Below are positions 9,520-22,655 of a stretch of 64,000 nucleotides of DNA, piece after piece. The translations under genes and the position numbers were made by a program. The notes beneath the pieces were generated by a model. That model ran no database searches. It had not been told where the DNA came from and was given only the letters and a program-made list of their open reading frames with translations. This stretch comes from Macrostomum lignano. Its lineage: Eukaryota. The DNA lies in the NCBI GenBank assembly GCA_002269645.1, contig NIVC01000042.1:434001-498000 (forward strand), in the 5' to 3' direction. How positions within the stretch are numbered: the stretch's first letter is position 1; each line of letters starts with the position of its first letter.

Positions 9520-12500
9520 TGAAAGTAAAGACTGATTTTTTGTTAAATTATTTGAACAGCTGCTTCATAGTGCCCGCCGCTATTCTGGAACCTTCTTTTA
9601 GGACACCAGAGATTGTCTGAAATTCTCAGTGTTTGATAGGTCATGGGGATATACGAGCGTGCATGTACCCGTAAATGAATGGGAACTGAGAGTCGTTCTT
9701 AAGTGCTGATAAGTCCAACCCCTAAATGTAACCTAATTGTTATTTGTACTACATTCCTCTTTATTGTATTCATGACAACGATAAAAAATAAATATTTTAC
9801 ATGCAATAGATATTTTCTAATGTTTCTAACATTTCTTTAAATCCATTGCCTGCACCGGAAACCTGCCGTCACACTGTAAGCATGTGTACGCCCTTTGGCT
9901 GAAGCTTAATATTGCAATTGCTGCCGGAAAAGGACATACATGCATGAGATGCTTATTGTTCCCTTTTATATATCTATGACCACGGCATATGTCGCGCTTG
10001 TAAAGGATTGCTGCCGCCTGCCGGCTGTGGTCAGTCTGTGTCTATAAAGGCGCAGAAGTGGGCGAAAATATAAGTTTTTATGGCTTTCGAACCTGCTGAC
10101 TGTCAGTCGAAGGCGATCGAAACCAGAGAATCTTATTACATTATAATGATTCATTACAAATTAAAAAATTCACGCAGCGTACAGTGCATGTGTGCCTGCT
10201 GTGACTTTGCATGCAGGGTCGCGTATTTTGTTGTTGCTGTACTTAATCAATATTCAATGCCTGTAGTGATTAATTTAAGTACAGTAGTTCATGTATTTGC
10301 ATTATGTGAAACAAAGCTTATAGATCGGGTTCACTTCTACTTTTCAAAAAGTGACGACCTAGGAGCTATAGCTATTATACAGACTTTTAATTCGTAGTAG
10401 CCTAAGCCCACCTAATTTTTTAACACTAATTAAACAATCCGGAAACGTTATGTTTTACCGTCTTTCGTCCGTCGCCGTTTGAATGAAAGAATATTTTATA
10501 CATACACGTGCTCCATAAGCTTTTCTGTGTACGACAAAAGATTTGCCTACATGTACTGTATGTACAATAAATGTTGCATACATGACTGTGTGTATACAAA
10601 GCACGCATGTACATGTGCAATTACCATACTATTTTAGTAAAAACTTCATATGCCTATACCTACATTATAGATCGACTCAAAGCTTGAGAAGTAAACTTAA
10701 GAATTTAATATTTCTGGTTTCCTGTCAGACGAAAGGATCACAATTACGGCAGCGTTAACCAACCTCTCTTTCAACCTACGGACATTTGTCAATGTACGCT
10801 AAGTCTGTGTAGGTATATAAGCTTTTAACAGTAAAGTATTACGCTTTAAATATTTTTTTGATTCAATTTTCAAACATGATACTCTCGTAGGAGTCGTAGC
10901 TCTTAAATAGAATTAATGCATTTTGTCGGTTCCAGGATATTTCGTCAAAAGCCTTTTCGTCAGCAGGACACGTGTTACAAGGGGCCTTTTCATATTGCTT
11001 GTTCTGGTTCTAGAACCAGATCCAATTTGTAAAGTATAACTTTTTGTCTCCTAAACTAGAGGAATATAAGTGCTTTAAAGTTGTGATTATTGAATGGCAA
11101 TAGCCAAGAAGAAAGTGAAAAATTGTGCAAAGTGAAGCTGTAAGGCAATCAAACATTCACCAAAGTTAAATAGTTATACTGCTTTTTTTCTTGGAAGATC
11201 CGAATCGATTCTGGTTCTGGAATTGGTAATGTGAAAAGCCCCAAGCTGTTTTCACAGTTAAAACCGGGCGATGTAAAATCTTTTTTAAAACAAAAGTTAG
11301 CGTAAGTTTAGGTATAAATTTCCTTTTTCTTACTTTAAAGTTTATATAAAAAAGTTATTTTTGTATGTAGTTGAGTATACGGTTAAAACTTTTGTAAGTA
11401 GAATTAATTAAAAGCTACTTTTTTAACTTATAATCGTGCGATTATTAAGCTCGATATGTATAATTAATCATTGACATTTACTTCTTTAGACTTTACATAA
11501 ATTAAATTCTTACAAACTTATTCAGAATTTCTCGCACTATCTGACTCTAAAGTTTTAGTCCATTTATGGCAGGTTTCCAATAGAAATTTATATATCTGTC
11601 TTTCAGATATTTTATCATTTTAAATTAATTTTTAGCTCAGATATTATAAAGATGAGTAGATGACTTAGTCATAGTCTTAACAAGAAAAATTGTCGATTTA
11701 AAATGAATTCTTAAGGCTGGAATATAGATTATAAGAATAATCAGCTCTAAAACTAGGCTATTGGCCTACTTTTGTTCTATACTTAACTTAAACTAGAGTA
11801 GGTTAGGCCTAGGCCTTTTCAGTCTTGTAGGTCATGTTAGTGATCTGATTAAATAATTATATTTAGGATGCAATGTATACAAGCAAGATTTTCAATCTAT
11901 AGAGCATTTTACACAGACAGACAGACATATATTAGGGATTTAGTATAGGCCTATATGATTTAGTATCTATAGGTATAGCATGGATTAGAGGTAGGTCTAG
12001 TTGTTATTTGCATGGTACTGTGTAAATAGTGCCAGTGTTATTTATATGGTCACTGAAATAAATACCTTATAAATGCTTTGGTGCCTTGGATGCTGCTATG
12101 GCTATTGAAGTTGCTGCTGTTGAGGATTCTAAAAGTATATATGATAGACCCCTATTTAACTTTTAAATGCTCTATCAGCTAATCAGTCTCATTGTATCAA
12201 GTGTTCAATCTCACTCTATCAGTTAATCAATCTCAATGTATCAACTGATAAGTTATCCTATCAGGGACTACCTACTATTTGTCTATGTACCATAGTCAGA
12301 ATGATGTACATTACGCCGGAAATTTCTGGCATACAATTGAAAATTTTACTTTTTTGGCATACAATTGCAGAATTGGCGTAAAAAATCAATGAAGCAAAAT
12401 ATATTTGGCATACCTTTTGGCGTGATGCTATGGCATAAATATGTCAAGCAGCATATGCCAATTCCAACTTTCATGCCAAAGTTAATATTAACAATTGTTG

Positions 12501-13040
12501 GCATAACACCATACCTCAGAATCTTATTATAAAATCATAAAAACCATAAAACTCGTAAGATGAAAGTTCATAACTATTTGTGATTTATAAAAATTTAAAA
12601 TTCCATGCAAACTAATCGTGTAATTTTAAAAAAAAAACTTAAACAAAAAATTGATTTTTGTTGGCATTATCTGTAAGTCAATTTACTTTAAATGAAAACC
12701 ACACATTTGTTAAATAATTTATTTGAAGAAAAAGAAATCATTTACTTGTAATCTTTGTGAAGTTCATGGTACTTGTATATATTTTGACATAATTGCCAAA
12801 TTTAAACGATCTATTTGTTCAATTAACACACAAACACGCAAAAGGTCATTTATTGTTGCAAAGCCTAGAAAACCTGGCGTAAGTTCCTAGGACCTTGGCG
12901 TACGTTTCAGTATGAAGTGGCGTAGATTTTTTAGGGGACTTTTTATTCTAGCATATACCATGACATGATCCTGACTATGGTCTATGTATCTTTTATTTTC
13001 GTAATGAGTTTAAACTAAATAAAGTCCCTAGGCCTAGATG

Positions 13041-13113
13041 GGGGGCCGTAGCCTAGCAGTCTAGTGCAGGCTCTAGTGTGCCAGTAACCCAGGCTCGATT
13101 CCAAGTGCAGTCA
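13041..13113 (+). mobile_element. tRNA-derived SINE-like head (degenerate Pol III A and B boxes)
   Basis: GGGGCCGTAGCCTAGCAGTCTAG...CCCAGGCTCGATTCC has an A-box-like and a B-box-like motif at tRNA spacing. It does not form a canonical cloverleaf. Confidence 0.4.
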
Positions 13114-13402
13114 TATTAATTTGGGGCTGAATTGGAATCTTGGCTTGGCTCTGCTCATTCAATTAAGAGCCTTGAGAGCCAACCCCCTAAGGTGCAATGA
13201 AATGTATATGCCTAATGATAATATAAAGTTAGGGCTGCTGTACACTCCTATGTGAGTGTGTGCCTACGTACGTATCCGCGCGCTTGTATGCCTGCTCAGG
13301 GGAGTCGGCGGAATGGGCAGCAATGCCTTTTGCTGGTTGTATGCCTATGTTGCTTAAAGTGCACCAGGGAGCATATAACCCCCCTGCCTCTAATGAAAAA
13401 AG

Positions 13403-13659
13403 TATTAAGAAAGCCTTGTTAAGTTATAATGAATCGGCGTTTATTGAGTTTTGAGAAAGATAGCAAAAGAAAGGGTTAACATGGAATTTAGCACTGGCGT
13501 AGCTCAAACAAAACTTAGTGGTGCAGGTAAGGGAGTCGAAAACCATAGATATAATTAAGAAGTCTGTTATAGAAAATTCTAGAAGGAAAACTTGGATTCA
13601 CTTACTATAAATATAAAGTTGACTATTTTAAGATAAACGATTACTTAACATCTTTAACA
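13403..13659 (-). repeat. Copia 3' LTR
   Basis: Direct repeat of 17806-18062. On the minus strand it is preceded by the PPT-like TTAAGTGGGAG (13660-13670). Confidence 0.97.
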
Positions 13660-13757
13660 CTCCCACTTAATGTTTAGCTTAAAAACTAGTGCATCTGGTA
13701 CAAACAGTTCATATTGTGTATTGAATATCAAAGTTAGATAAAGAGTTAGCAGTTACA

Positions 13758-16700
13758 TTAACGAACAGGAATCAGTTCCTTGAGCACTTGAAACTTGGCA
13801 TTAGACAGTGCTTTAGTAAGAATGTCAGCGATCATCTCCTCTGACGGACAGTAAATTAGCTTTAAAGTTCCACCGACCAACTTCTCACGCACGAAATGGT
13901 GACGGATATCAATGTGCTTAGAACGACTGTGGAAGACAGGATTCCTAGCTAGAGCAATACAGCCTTGATTGTCTTCAAGGATAGTAACGTATTTGAGACT
14001 TTCTACGCGAAGATCTAGTAGTAACTGTTGTAACCATGTGGCTTCTTGGGTAGCAGCTGAGAGTGCCATGTACTTGGCCTCCGTCGTCGATAGGGCTACA
14101 GTTTGTTGCTTTTTGCTACTCCAGCTAATTGGACATTCAGCCAACTTGAAGATGTATCTGGTTGTAGAACGTCGGTCATTGTGATCTCCAGCCCAGTCTG
14201 CATCGGAATATCCAATTAGATCGATTGCACGCGAGTCCTTCTGAAAAACCAATCCTGATGAAATGGTTCCCTTTAGATATCTCAGGACACGCTTCACGCC
14301 ACTCCAATGCTGTTCAGTTGGGTCTGAGCAATATCGCGCGAGAACTCCCACTGCAGATGACACATCTGGTCGTGTAGCTAGTGCTGCGTAGTTTAGACTT
14401 CCTACTGCCGCCTGATACATAGTCTTGTCCACCTTAGCATCACAGGTCTGTGTAGTGTAGAATTTGACACTTGTGTCCATTGGTGTTGATACCGGTTTGC
14501 AGTCCATCATGTTGAATTTAGAAAGGATGTTATTTAGATACCGCTCTTGGTTTAGAAACAATGAGCCATTCTTCCAGGTAGCTTGAATTCCAAGAAAATA
14601 GTGAAATTCGCCTAGATCCTTCATCTTAAATTTAGATTGCAGTTCTTGCTTCAGCACGGGCATGTAGTCGTCAGATGCTGTTAATAGAATGTCGTCCACA
14701 TACACACCGATCGCAGATTGAGAGTTAGCATAGATACACGGTTCTGACTTTGCCTGCACTAGGTTAAGACTTAAAAGTTCATCATGTAGAGTTTGATTCC
14801 AACATCTAGGAGCCTGCTTGAGTCCATATAGACTTCTTTCTAGTTTGCATACTAGTGTTTCCTTGCCTTGCACCACAAATCCTTCCGGTTGTTCCATGTA
14901 AATTTCTTCGTCTAGTTTGCCATTTAAAAATGCTGTTACGACATCCATCTGGTGAATTTTCCAATCTCGTTGAACTCCAACAGCCAGTAGAGTTCTAATT
15001 GATGTAAATCGAGCTACTGGTGCATACGTCTCCTCATAATCTACTCCATGCTCTTGAGAGTATCCTTTGACTACCAATCTTTCTTTGAATCTGTCTACTG
15101 AGTTGTCTGCCTTATACTTGACACGAAATACCCACTTACAGCCAATAGTTTGACGTCCTTTTGGTAGCTCAACCAGTTTCCATGTCCTGTTCTCCATCAG
15201 TGACTCGTACTCTGCGTTCGCAGCCTCTTGCCAGTCTTTAGAGAATGAGCTGTCCAATGCTTGCTGTAGAGTTTTCGGTTCGTCAATTTGTGTTGCAACG
15301 GATGCCACGTACCTGTCAACGGGCTTCTTCTCTCGAGTTGATCTCCGAACTTCTTGCTTGTCGACAGTTTCAGGAACACATTTAAAATCAGACGATGCTG
15401 GTTCGGTACCTGCATTCAGTTGAAGTGTCTCCTGCTTCTCCACTAATTGCTTCACGAAGCACGACTCTTGGAACGTTACATCGCGACTGACAAAAACTGA
15501 TCGTGTTTGGAAATCAAAACAACGATATCCTTTTGAGGTTTCCGAGTATCCAATAAATCTGACTTCCCGAGCTTTTGAGTCAAACTTGTGACGTTTCTCA
15601 GCTGGGACATGCGCGTAGGCAACGCATCCAAATACTCGCAAATGCTGAACACTCGGCTTGCTGCCGGTCCAAATTTGATATGGTGTCGCTTTGTTGACTG
15701 CACTCGTTATTGATCGATTATGCAGATATGTTGCCGTAGAGATTGCTTCTGCCCAGAATTCCTTGCCAATATGAGCATGTGCAATCATTGTTCGTGCTGC
15801 CTCCACCAAGGTTCGGTTCATTCTCTCGGCTACTCCGTTCTGTTCAGGAGAGTGTGGGACTGTAGTCTGGTGAATGATTCCGTTTCGGGCACAGAATGCC
15901 TCAAATTCTCCCGATGTATACTCTCCACCATTGTCAGTCCGAAGAATCTTGATAGACTTGTCTGTTTGATTCGTGACGAGAGCCTGAAAGATCTTTAATT
16001 TTTCTAAGACTTCTGACTTACTTTTAATGAAGTAAACTGAGCAATAGCGCGAATAGTCGTCAATAAATGTGACAAAATACTTTGATCCTCCAATTGACGT
16101 AGTTTTCATGGGACCGCACACGTCACTGTGAATTAGACCCAATAGTTCAGTTGACCTTGACGTTTCACCCTTTGCAAATGGCGTTCGATGTAGCTTTCCT
16201 TCCACACATGCTGTGCAGAAACTGATGCCTTCAGTTTTTACGTCATCCTTGCTAAGCTCAATTCCGTCCACTTGCTTTCCATTAATTAGAGATTTCAGGT
16301 CTTGCTCACCTAGGTGTCCAAAGCGCTGATGCCATAGGTCGATGCTGTTGTTTCTCGCGACAGATGCAGTCTCGTTAGTTAGGTTAAAGCCTTTCAATTT
16401 GTACAGTCTGCCAACTTTCAAAGCTTCTCCAACAATCTTACCAGTTGCGCTCAAAATCTGACACTTGTCGTCGCTGAATTGTACACTGAAGCCTTTTCTT
16501 GTAACTGCTGATACGGAGAACAAATTCTGTTCCATAAGTGGTACATATAGAACGTCGCTCAGCTCGCACAATTTCTTACCAGAACCAGTATTGATATACA
16601 ACCGAACGGTTCCCTTTCCAGTGGCTTCGAGCTTATGTCCATCTGCTAGCGAAATGTTCTCCAGTACCGAAAAATCTTCAAATTTCTCAAAACTTGTCCG

Positions 16701-17651
16701 ATCATTAGTCATATGATTCGTTGCGCCTGAGTCCACAATCCATGTACTAGACTCGTTAGCTGTCGATGATGTGCCTATAGACAACGCCGGAAATGCAGAA
16801 TCTTCCTCATCTGAAGCTGAAAAGTCCTTTAAGTCTTTTGCTAGGGCGTCTGCAATCCTCGCCTGATGCCTTCTGTTAGATTTCTTCAAATCATGTGGTC
16901 TTGAATTCGTGCTCGATCCACCTGTCACAGAGAGGCTATTCTTGAATTTGTAACAGTGCTTCTTTAGGTGACCAGGCTTATTGCAGAAAAAACATACTTT
17001 TGGTCTGACACTCTGGTGCTGTTGCCTCTTGAATCCAACCAGAGCCTTTGAATTGCTGCTAGGTTCACAGCTTTCCTGTTCAAGTCGTTTTGACTCCTCA
17101 TGCAAAAGCCGCTCGAGTACGAAATTCATCGTCAAGTCGTCCGCTCGCGATTCCAGGGCAGTAATCAACCCGTCATATGACTTCGGCAAACTGTTTAGCA
17201 GAATCGTGACTTGATAGTCCTCGGGAACACCTGCCCCGATAGCCGACAGTCGTTTGACGATATCCTTGAACTGATTAACATGCTCCTGCATGGATGCACC
17301 TTCCACCATCTTGAGCGCTTGTAGTTTCCGATTAAGAAACAATTTATTTGCCAGCGAACTCCGCTCGAAATATGCTTGAAGCTTATCCCACGCTTCCTTC
17401 GGAGTTTCTGCATCCTCAATTAGATGAATTTGACTATCCGCAACAGCCAATACGATAGTCGCTAGGGCTTTGTTCGCACGCCGCTTGAACTGAACTTTGA
17501 CCTCGTTGGTCGCGTCCTCAGCAAGTGTCTCTGTACCATCAACAACTTCCCAAAGTTCTCGCTCCATCAGGACGTTCTTCATCTTGAACTTCTAGACAGT
17601 GTAGTTGGAACTATCCAACTTCTCAACCAGTAGTTTGGCATCGAAAGACAT
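13758..17651 (-). pseudogene. Copia Gag-Pol polyprotein with an in-frame TAG at codon 20 (17592-17594); open from 17582 to 13758
   Basis: Starts MSFDAKLLVEKLDSSNYTV*KFKMKNVL. Motifs: zinc knuckle CFFCNKPGHLKKHC; protease DSGA; integrase HHCC with HSDVCGP / TDNGGEY / ERMNRT; RT YVDD; RNase H YSDADWAG...EDNQG...ADILTK. Confidence 0.93.
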
Positions 17652-17793
17652 CGTGTCGATCCACCAGCACAACTGGACTGCTGAGCTTGAACTTTCTAAG
17701 AGACGGTAGAGCCTGACAATCACACCAACTGACGCACTGCCACTGAAGCAGCTTTATTATTCACACTGCAGTAGATCGCAGTGGAGGGGCGCA

Positions 17794-17805
17794 GGGCCCA
17801 TAACC
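17794..17805 (-). promoter_or_regulatory. Copia primer-binding site GGTTATGGGCCC (internal tRNAiMet type)
   Basis: Immediately follows the 5' LTR. It is complementary to the GGGCCCATAACC anticodon arm of tRNAiMet, the half-tRNA priming mode known for Drosophila copia. Confidence 0.9.
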
Positions 17806-18062
17806 TATTAAGAAAGCCTTGTTAAGTTATAATGAATCGGCGTTTATTGAGTTTTGAGAAAGATAGCAAAAGAAAGGGTTAACATGGAATTTAGCACTGG
17901 CGTAGCTCAAACAAAACTTAGTGGTGCAGGTAAGGGAGTCGAAAACCATAGATATAATTAAGAAGTCTGTTATAGAAAATTCTAGAAGGAAAACTTGGAT
18001 TCACTTACTATAAATATAAAGTTGACTATTTTAAGATAAACGATTACTTAACATCTTTAACA
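17806..18062 (-). repeat. Copia 5' LTR
   Basis: Matches 13403-13659. Termini read TGTTAA...TTAATA on the minus strand. Confidence 0.97.
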
Positions 18063-19143
18063 AAAAGTTGGTAGATAGAATTTAGGTGTGATTTATGTTT
18101 ATAGCCTAGCATTTTTTATTAACTTATAGTGCTTGTACTATTTATAATGCAAAGTACAATAGTGTTTCAAAATAAACAAACAAGAATGCAACTGATTCGC
18201 CTTAAAAAGGGTAGATTGGTGGTCAAATGTTACTAGACCATAGCTATAAGTGCTACACAGTATATAAAACAAGTTTTTATTTTAGTTACTATGTAAATAA
18301 CACTGGCACTATTATACGTACCTACCATGCAAATAATGAGTGCCTAGATTTGAAGTAATAAAAAGTTTGTTTTTTATTATTATACTAAGATACAATATAT
18401 ATGTATCAGCATTCTGTATTTATGCCATTCCTATATTATATAAAGCTATAATACATTAATATGCTTTATGTAGATACATTTTTATAAGTAGGCCTAGGGT
18501 AGTAACTCAAGTGAGATTTTGAATTTATTAGTATTTTTTAGGGACTTCACTTCTGCAATATAAATTTACCATAGAAAGAAGACTAGAAACTTGGCTTTAC
18601 TAAGTAATAAATGTATGGCTGGCTGATTGAATTGAAGGTAAATACCAGGAGCAACAAAGCTAATTTACTAAAAAAGTAAAAACAGTATAAATTTTATCAA
18701 AATTTGAAGTATATCTAAAACAAATAATTAGTTAAAAATAACAAAATAATTGTTATATTGGCTTTTGAGGTTGTACATTATAATAAATAATAATATTTCT
18801 ATGCACACTTAATACTTTATATTTTGCTACAATTTACTTTCTTAGAAAACTGCACATTCAAAATTCCACTAACTTTGTTTAAACAGCATTGTTTTAAAAA
18901 ATATTTGTTTTGTTTAAAATTACATATTACATTAAAATACATATATGTCTTATGTTTGCCTGTTAATGTTAATACTGCAATTAGTAAAATCTCTTAAACT
19001 AAAAGTGTTGCATTATTTGATATTTTAAACATATTGTTAATAAACATGCTTTATTATTGTAGAACATGAATTATGTAAGCAAAAGTAAGCCTGTTTAAAC
19101 AACACTTCAGCGCCACACGTCAACCCCAGTCCTACTTATCAAC

Positions 19144-19414
19144 ATGCTGGCTGGCAGTCAATTTAGTTTTCGCCTAGCAACTGTTGCCTGGCGACCGGTA
19201 GGTATTGCTGTCTGTCATCGCAGCCTGTGCTCAGTAGCCACTTCCGCTAGTGTGATTTACCAAGACGGCCTGCCCCGCTTCCGCATTCCCCTGCCTAGCC
19301 GGGGCAAGGCGTGCCAGTTCACCATGAAGCCGCTCACCAATACGGTTAGCGATCTGACTGCCAGCATTCGCAATGAGGATCGGGGCGTTGAGCAGATTAT
19401 TTTCTACACGTCTG
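19144..19414 (+). CDS. MCU: Mitochondrial calcium uniporter, exon 1
   Basis: Arg-rich, acid-free N-terminus typical of a targeting peptide, then IPLPSRGKACQFTMKPLTNTVSDLTASIRNEDRGVEQIIFYTS (MCU N-terminal domain). Donor G|GTGAGT, phase 1. Confidence 0.9.
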
Positions 19415-19504
19415 GTGAGTCCCCTGTTCAACTGTATTACAGCACTTAACCCTTAACATCTCGCATGGGCTCTTCTTCGTCAGTGACACATTATTTCCAA
19501 ACAG

Positions 19505-20215
19505 ATTCCCCATCAGCCGTCTCTTTGATTCCCCACCAGCTCTCTTTGATTCCCCATCAGCCGTCTCTTTGATTCCCCATCGGCTCTCTTTGATTCCTCA
19601 TCAGCTCTCTTTGATTCCTCATCAGCTGCCTTTATTCCTCATCAGCCGTCTCTTTGATTCCCCACCAGCCGTCTCTTTGATTCCCCATCAGCTCTCTTTG
19701 ATTCCTCATCAGCTGCCTTTATTCCTCATCAGCTGTCTCTTTGACTCCCCATCAGCTGCCTCTTTGATTCCCCATCAGCTGCCTCTTTGATTCCCCATCA
19801 GCTGCCTCTTTGATTCCCCATCAGCTGCCTCTTTGATTCCCCATCAGCTGCCTCTTTGATTCCCCATCAGCTGCCTCTTTGATTCCCCATCAGCTGCCTC
19901 TTTGACTCCCCATCAGCTGCCTCTTTGATTCCCCATCAGCTGCCTCTTTGATTCCCCATCAGCTGCCTCTTTGATTCCCCATCAGCTGCCTCTTTGATTC
20001 CCCATCAGCTGCCTCTTTGATTCCCCATCAGCTGCCTCTTTGATTCCCCATCAGCTGCCTCTTTGATTCCCCATCAGCTGCCTCTTTGATTCCCAATCAG
20101 CTGCCTCTTTGATTCCCCATCAGCTGCCTCTTTGATTCCCCATCAGCTGCCTCTTTGATTCCCCATCAGTGCCTCTGATTCCCCATCAGTGCCTCTGATT
20201 CCCTATCAGCCATCT
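19505..20215. repeat. 23-bp minisatellite (CCCCATCAGCTGCCTCTTTGATT)n in MCU intron 1
   Basis: Period 23 read directly (GCTGCC at 19801 and 19824); about 30 copies. Confidence 0.95.
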
Positions 20216-21109
20216 TTGATTCGCCATCAGCTACGAACTGACTCCCCACCACAAACAATTTTTACGCATTTTATTCTTTACCCCAAGTTCACCATAAAAA
20301 CGATTATTAGTCCGCCATTGCGGCATGCATTTTGAAGCATGGAAATAATATTTATAAAATATTATTCAGTCACGATGACATCCGTTTTAATGCTTATGAT
20401 AAAATGAGTCCTACCTAAAACTATTTAGAATCACCCACAGCACATGTACACATGTCTATAGGCCTATAGCTCCGCTTGTTTGGTAAAACTGCTATCTGCT
20501 TTTTTGTCGGGTAACCAAACACAGTCTAGTAGTAGCCAGCCGTCAATCTATCTGGATCGATTGGCCACCGCATGGAAGGAGTAAAAAAAGAGGCGAAATG
20601 ACACGAACTCGGGCAGTACCGGTGCACTCTTATTTAATGAGATTAACAAAGTCAATTCCGTCCTGCTAAATCCTCAAGCCTTTGATCCGAAGAGTCCAAT
20701 TTATTGACTTTATTATTATTGGACTCGCTTGAGCAGTGTCTTGCTGGACCTGTCTCCGTCTAGTTTGCTCTTGGCTAACCCGATTTCTTCTCGCCTTTTT
20801 TCGCCGCTTTTTCTTGCCTATATTCGCTGTAGCTCTGGAGGGACTGAGGCTTGGCTTATTTTTAAAAAAAAACGGCGGTCTCGCTGTGGCTGACATATTT
20901 GATCGATGACTGTTGCAGGACGCGACTGGACTGGAAGCACTTTGAGAGTGTTGCTACTCAGAAACGTTTTTCTTCAAAAATAGTAAAATTAATTAGTCTG
21001 TTGTACTGCTGGATACAGCAACTGTTTTCTTTATTCATATTTTGTATTTTATGATGGGGCCGTTGAACATACTGCATTATGTCGGACAACAGCTGTGTAG
21101 CTGAAATAC

Positions 21110-22655
21110 GAGCGTACACGATGGGGATTATGGGGTGTGGGACAGCATGGGGATGGGGGTTATGGGGTGTGGGACAGCAGCAGTGCAGCTGAAATACACG
21201 ATCGGGATTATGGGGTGTGGGACAGCAGCAGTGCAGCTGAAATACACGATGGGGGTTATGGGGTGTGGGACAGCAGCAGTGCAGCTGAAATACACGATGG
21301 GGATTATGGGGTGTGGGACAGCAGCAGTGCAGCTGAAATACACGATGGGGATTATGGGGTGTGGGACAGCAGCAGTGCAGCTGAAATACACGATGGGGAT
21401 TATGGGGTGTGGGACAGCAGCGGTGCAGCTGAAATACACGATGGGGATTATGGGTGTGGGACAGCAGCAGTGCAGCTGAAATACACGATGGGGATTATGG
21501 GGTGTGGGACAGCAGCAGTGCAGCTGAAATACGAGCGTACACGATGGGGATTATGGGGTGTGGGACAGCAGCAGTGCAGCTGAAATACACGATGGGGATT
21601 ATGGGGTGTGGGACAGCAGCAGTGCAGCTGAAATACACGATGGGGATTATGGGGTGTGGGACAGCAGCAGTGCAGCTGAAATACGAGCGTACACGATGGG
21701 GATTATGGGGTGTGGGACAGCAGCAGTGCAGCTGAAATACGAGCGTACACGATGGGGATTATGAGGTGTGGGACAGCAGCAGTGCAGCTGAAATACGAGC
21801 GTACACGATGGGGATTATGGGGTGTGGGACAGCAGCAGTGCAGCTGAAATACACGATGGGGGTTATGGGGTGTGGGACAGCAGCAGTGCAGCTGAAATAC
21901 ACGATGGGGATTATGGGGTGTGGGACAGCAGCGGTGCAGCTGAAATACACGATGGGGATTATGGGGTGTGGGACAGCAGCAGTGCAGCTGAAATACACGA
22001 TGGGGATTATGGGGTGTGGGACAGCAGCAGTGCAGCTGAAATACACGATGGGGATTATGGGGTGTGGGACAGCAGCAGTGCAGCTGAAATACGAGCGTAC
22101 ACGATGGGGATTATGAGGTGTGGGACAGCAGCAGTGCAGCTGAAATACGAGCGTACACGATGGGGATTATGGGGTGTGGGACAGCAGCAGTGCAGCTGAA
22201 ATACACGATGGGGGTTATGGGGTGTGGGACAGCAGCAGTGCAGCTGAAATACACGATGGGGATTATGGGGTGTGGGACAGCAGCAGTGCAGCTGAAATAC
22301 ACGATGGGGATTATGGGGTGTGGGACAGCAGCGGTGCAGCTGAAATACACGATGGGGATTATGGGGTGTGGGACAGCAGCGGTGCAGCTGAAATACACGA
22401 TGGGGATTATGGGGTGTGGGACAGCAGCAGTGCAGCTGAAATACACGATGGGGATTATGGGGTGTGGGACAGCAGCAGTGCAGCTGAAATACACGATGGG
22501 GATTATGGGGTGTGGGACAGCAGCAGTGCAGCTGAAATACACGATGGGGATTATGGGGTGTGGGACAGCAGCAGTGCAGCTGAAATACACGATGGGGATT
22601 ATGGGGTGTGGGACAGCAGCGGTGCAGCTGAAATACACGATGGGGATTATGTGAT
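21110..22655. repeat. 48-bp G-rich minisatellite in MCU intron 1
   Basis: Monomer ATACACGATGGGGATTATGGGGTGTGGGACAGCAGCAGTGCAGCTGAA, with a variant 7 bp longer (extra GAGCGTA); about 32 copies. Confidence 0.95.

Larger units (their letters stand above)
13403..18062 (-). mobile_element. Full-length Ty1/copia LTR retrotransposon (4660 bp), recent insertion
   Basis: Two 257-bp LTRs (13403-13659, 17806-18062) with no difference found by eye. 5-bp TSD AAAAG (13398-13402, 18063-18067). PBS and PPT present. Domain order gag-PR-IN-RT-RH. Confidence 0.97.

Noticed and set aside
5005-9620. Short antisense and alternate-frame ORFs over PPEF-A and ENaC-A (mirrored at 36583-41562)
   Set aside because: Shadows of GC-rich coding sequence. 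They recur in both copies only because the DNA is near-identical.
13041-13113. Functional tRNA gene (also considered for 54388-54449)
   Set aside because: The boxes are degenerate and no complete cloverleaf or acceptor stem can be formed; kept only as tRNA-derived remnants.
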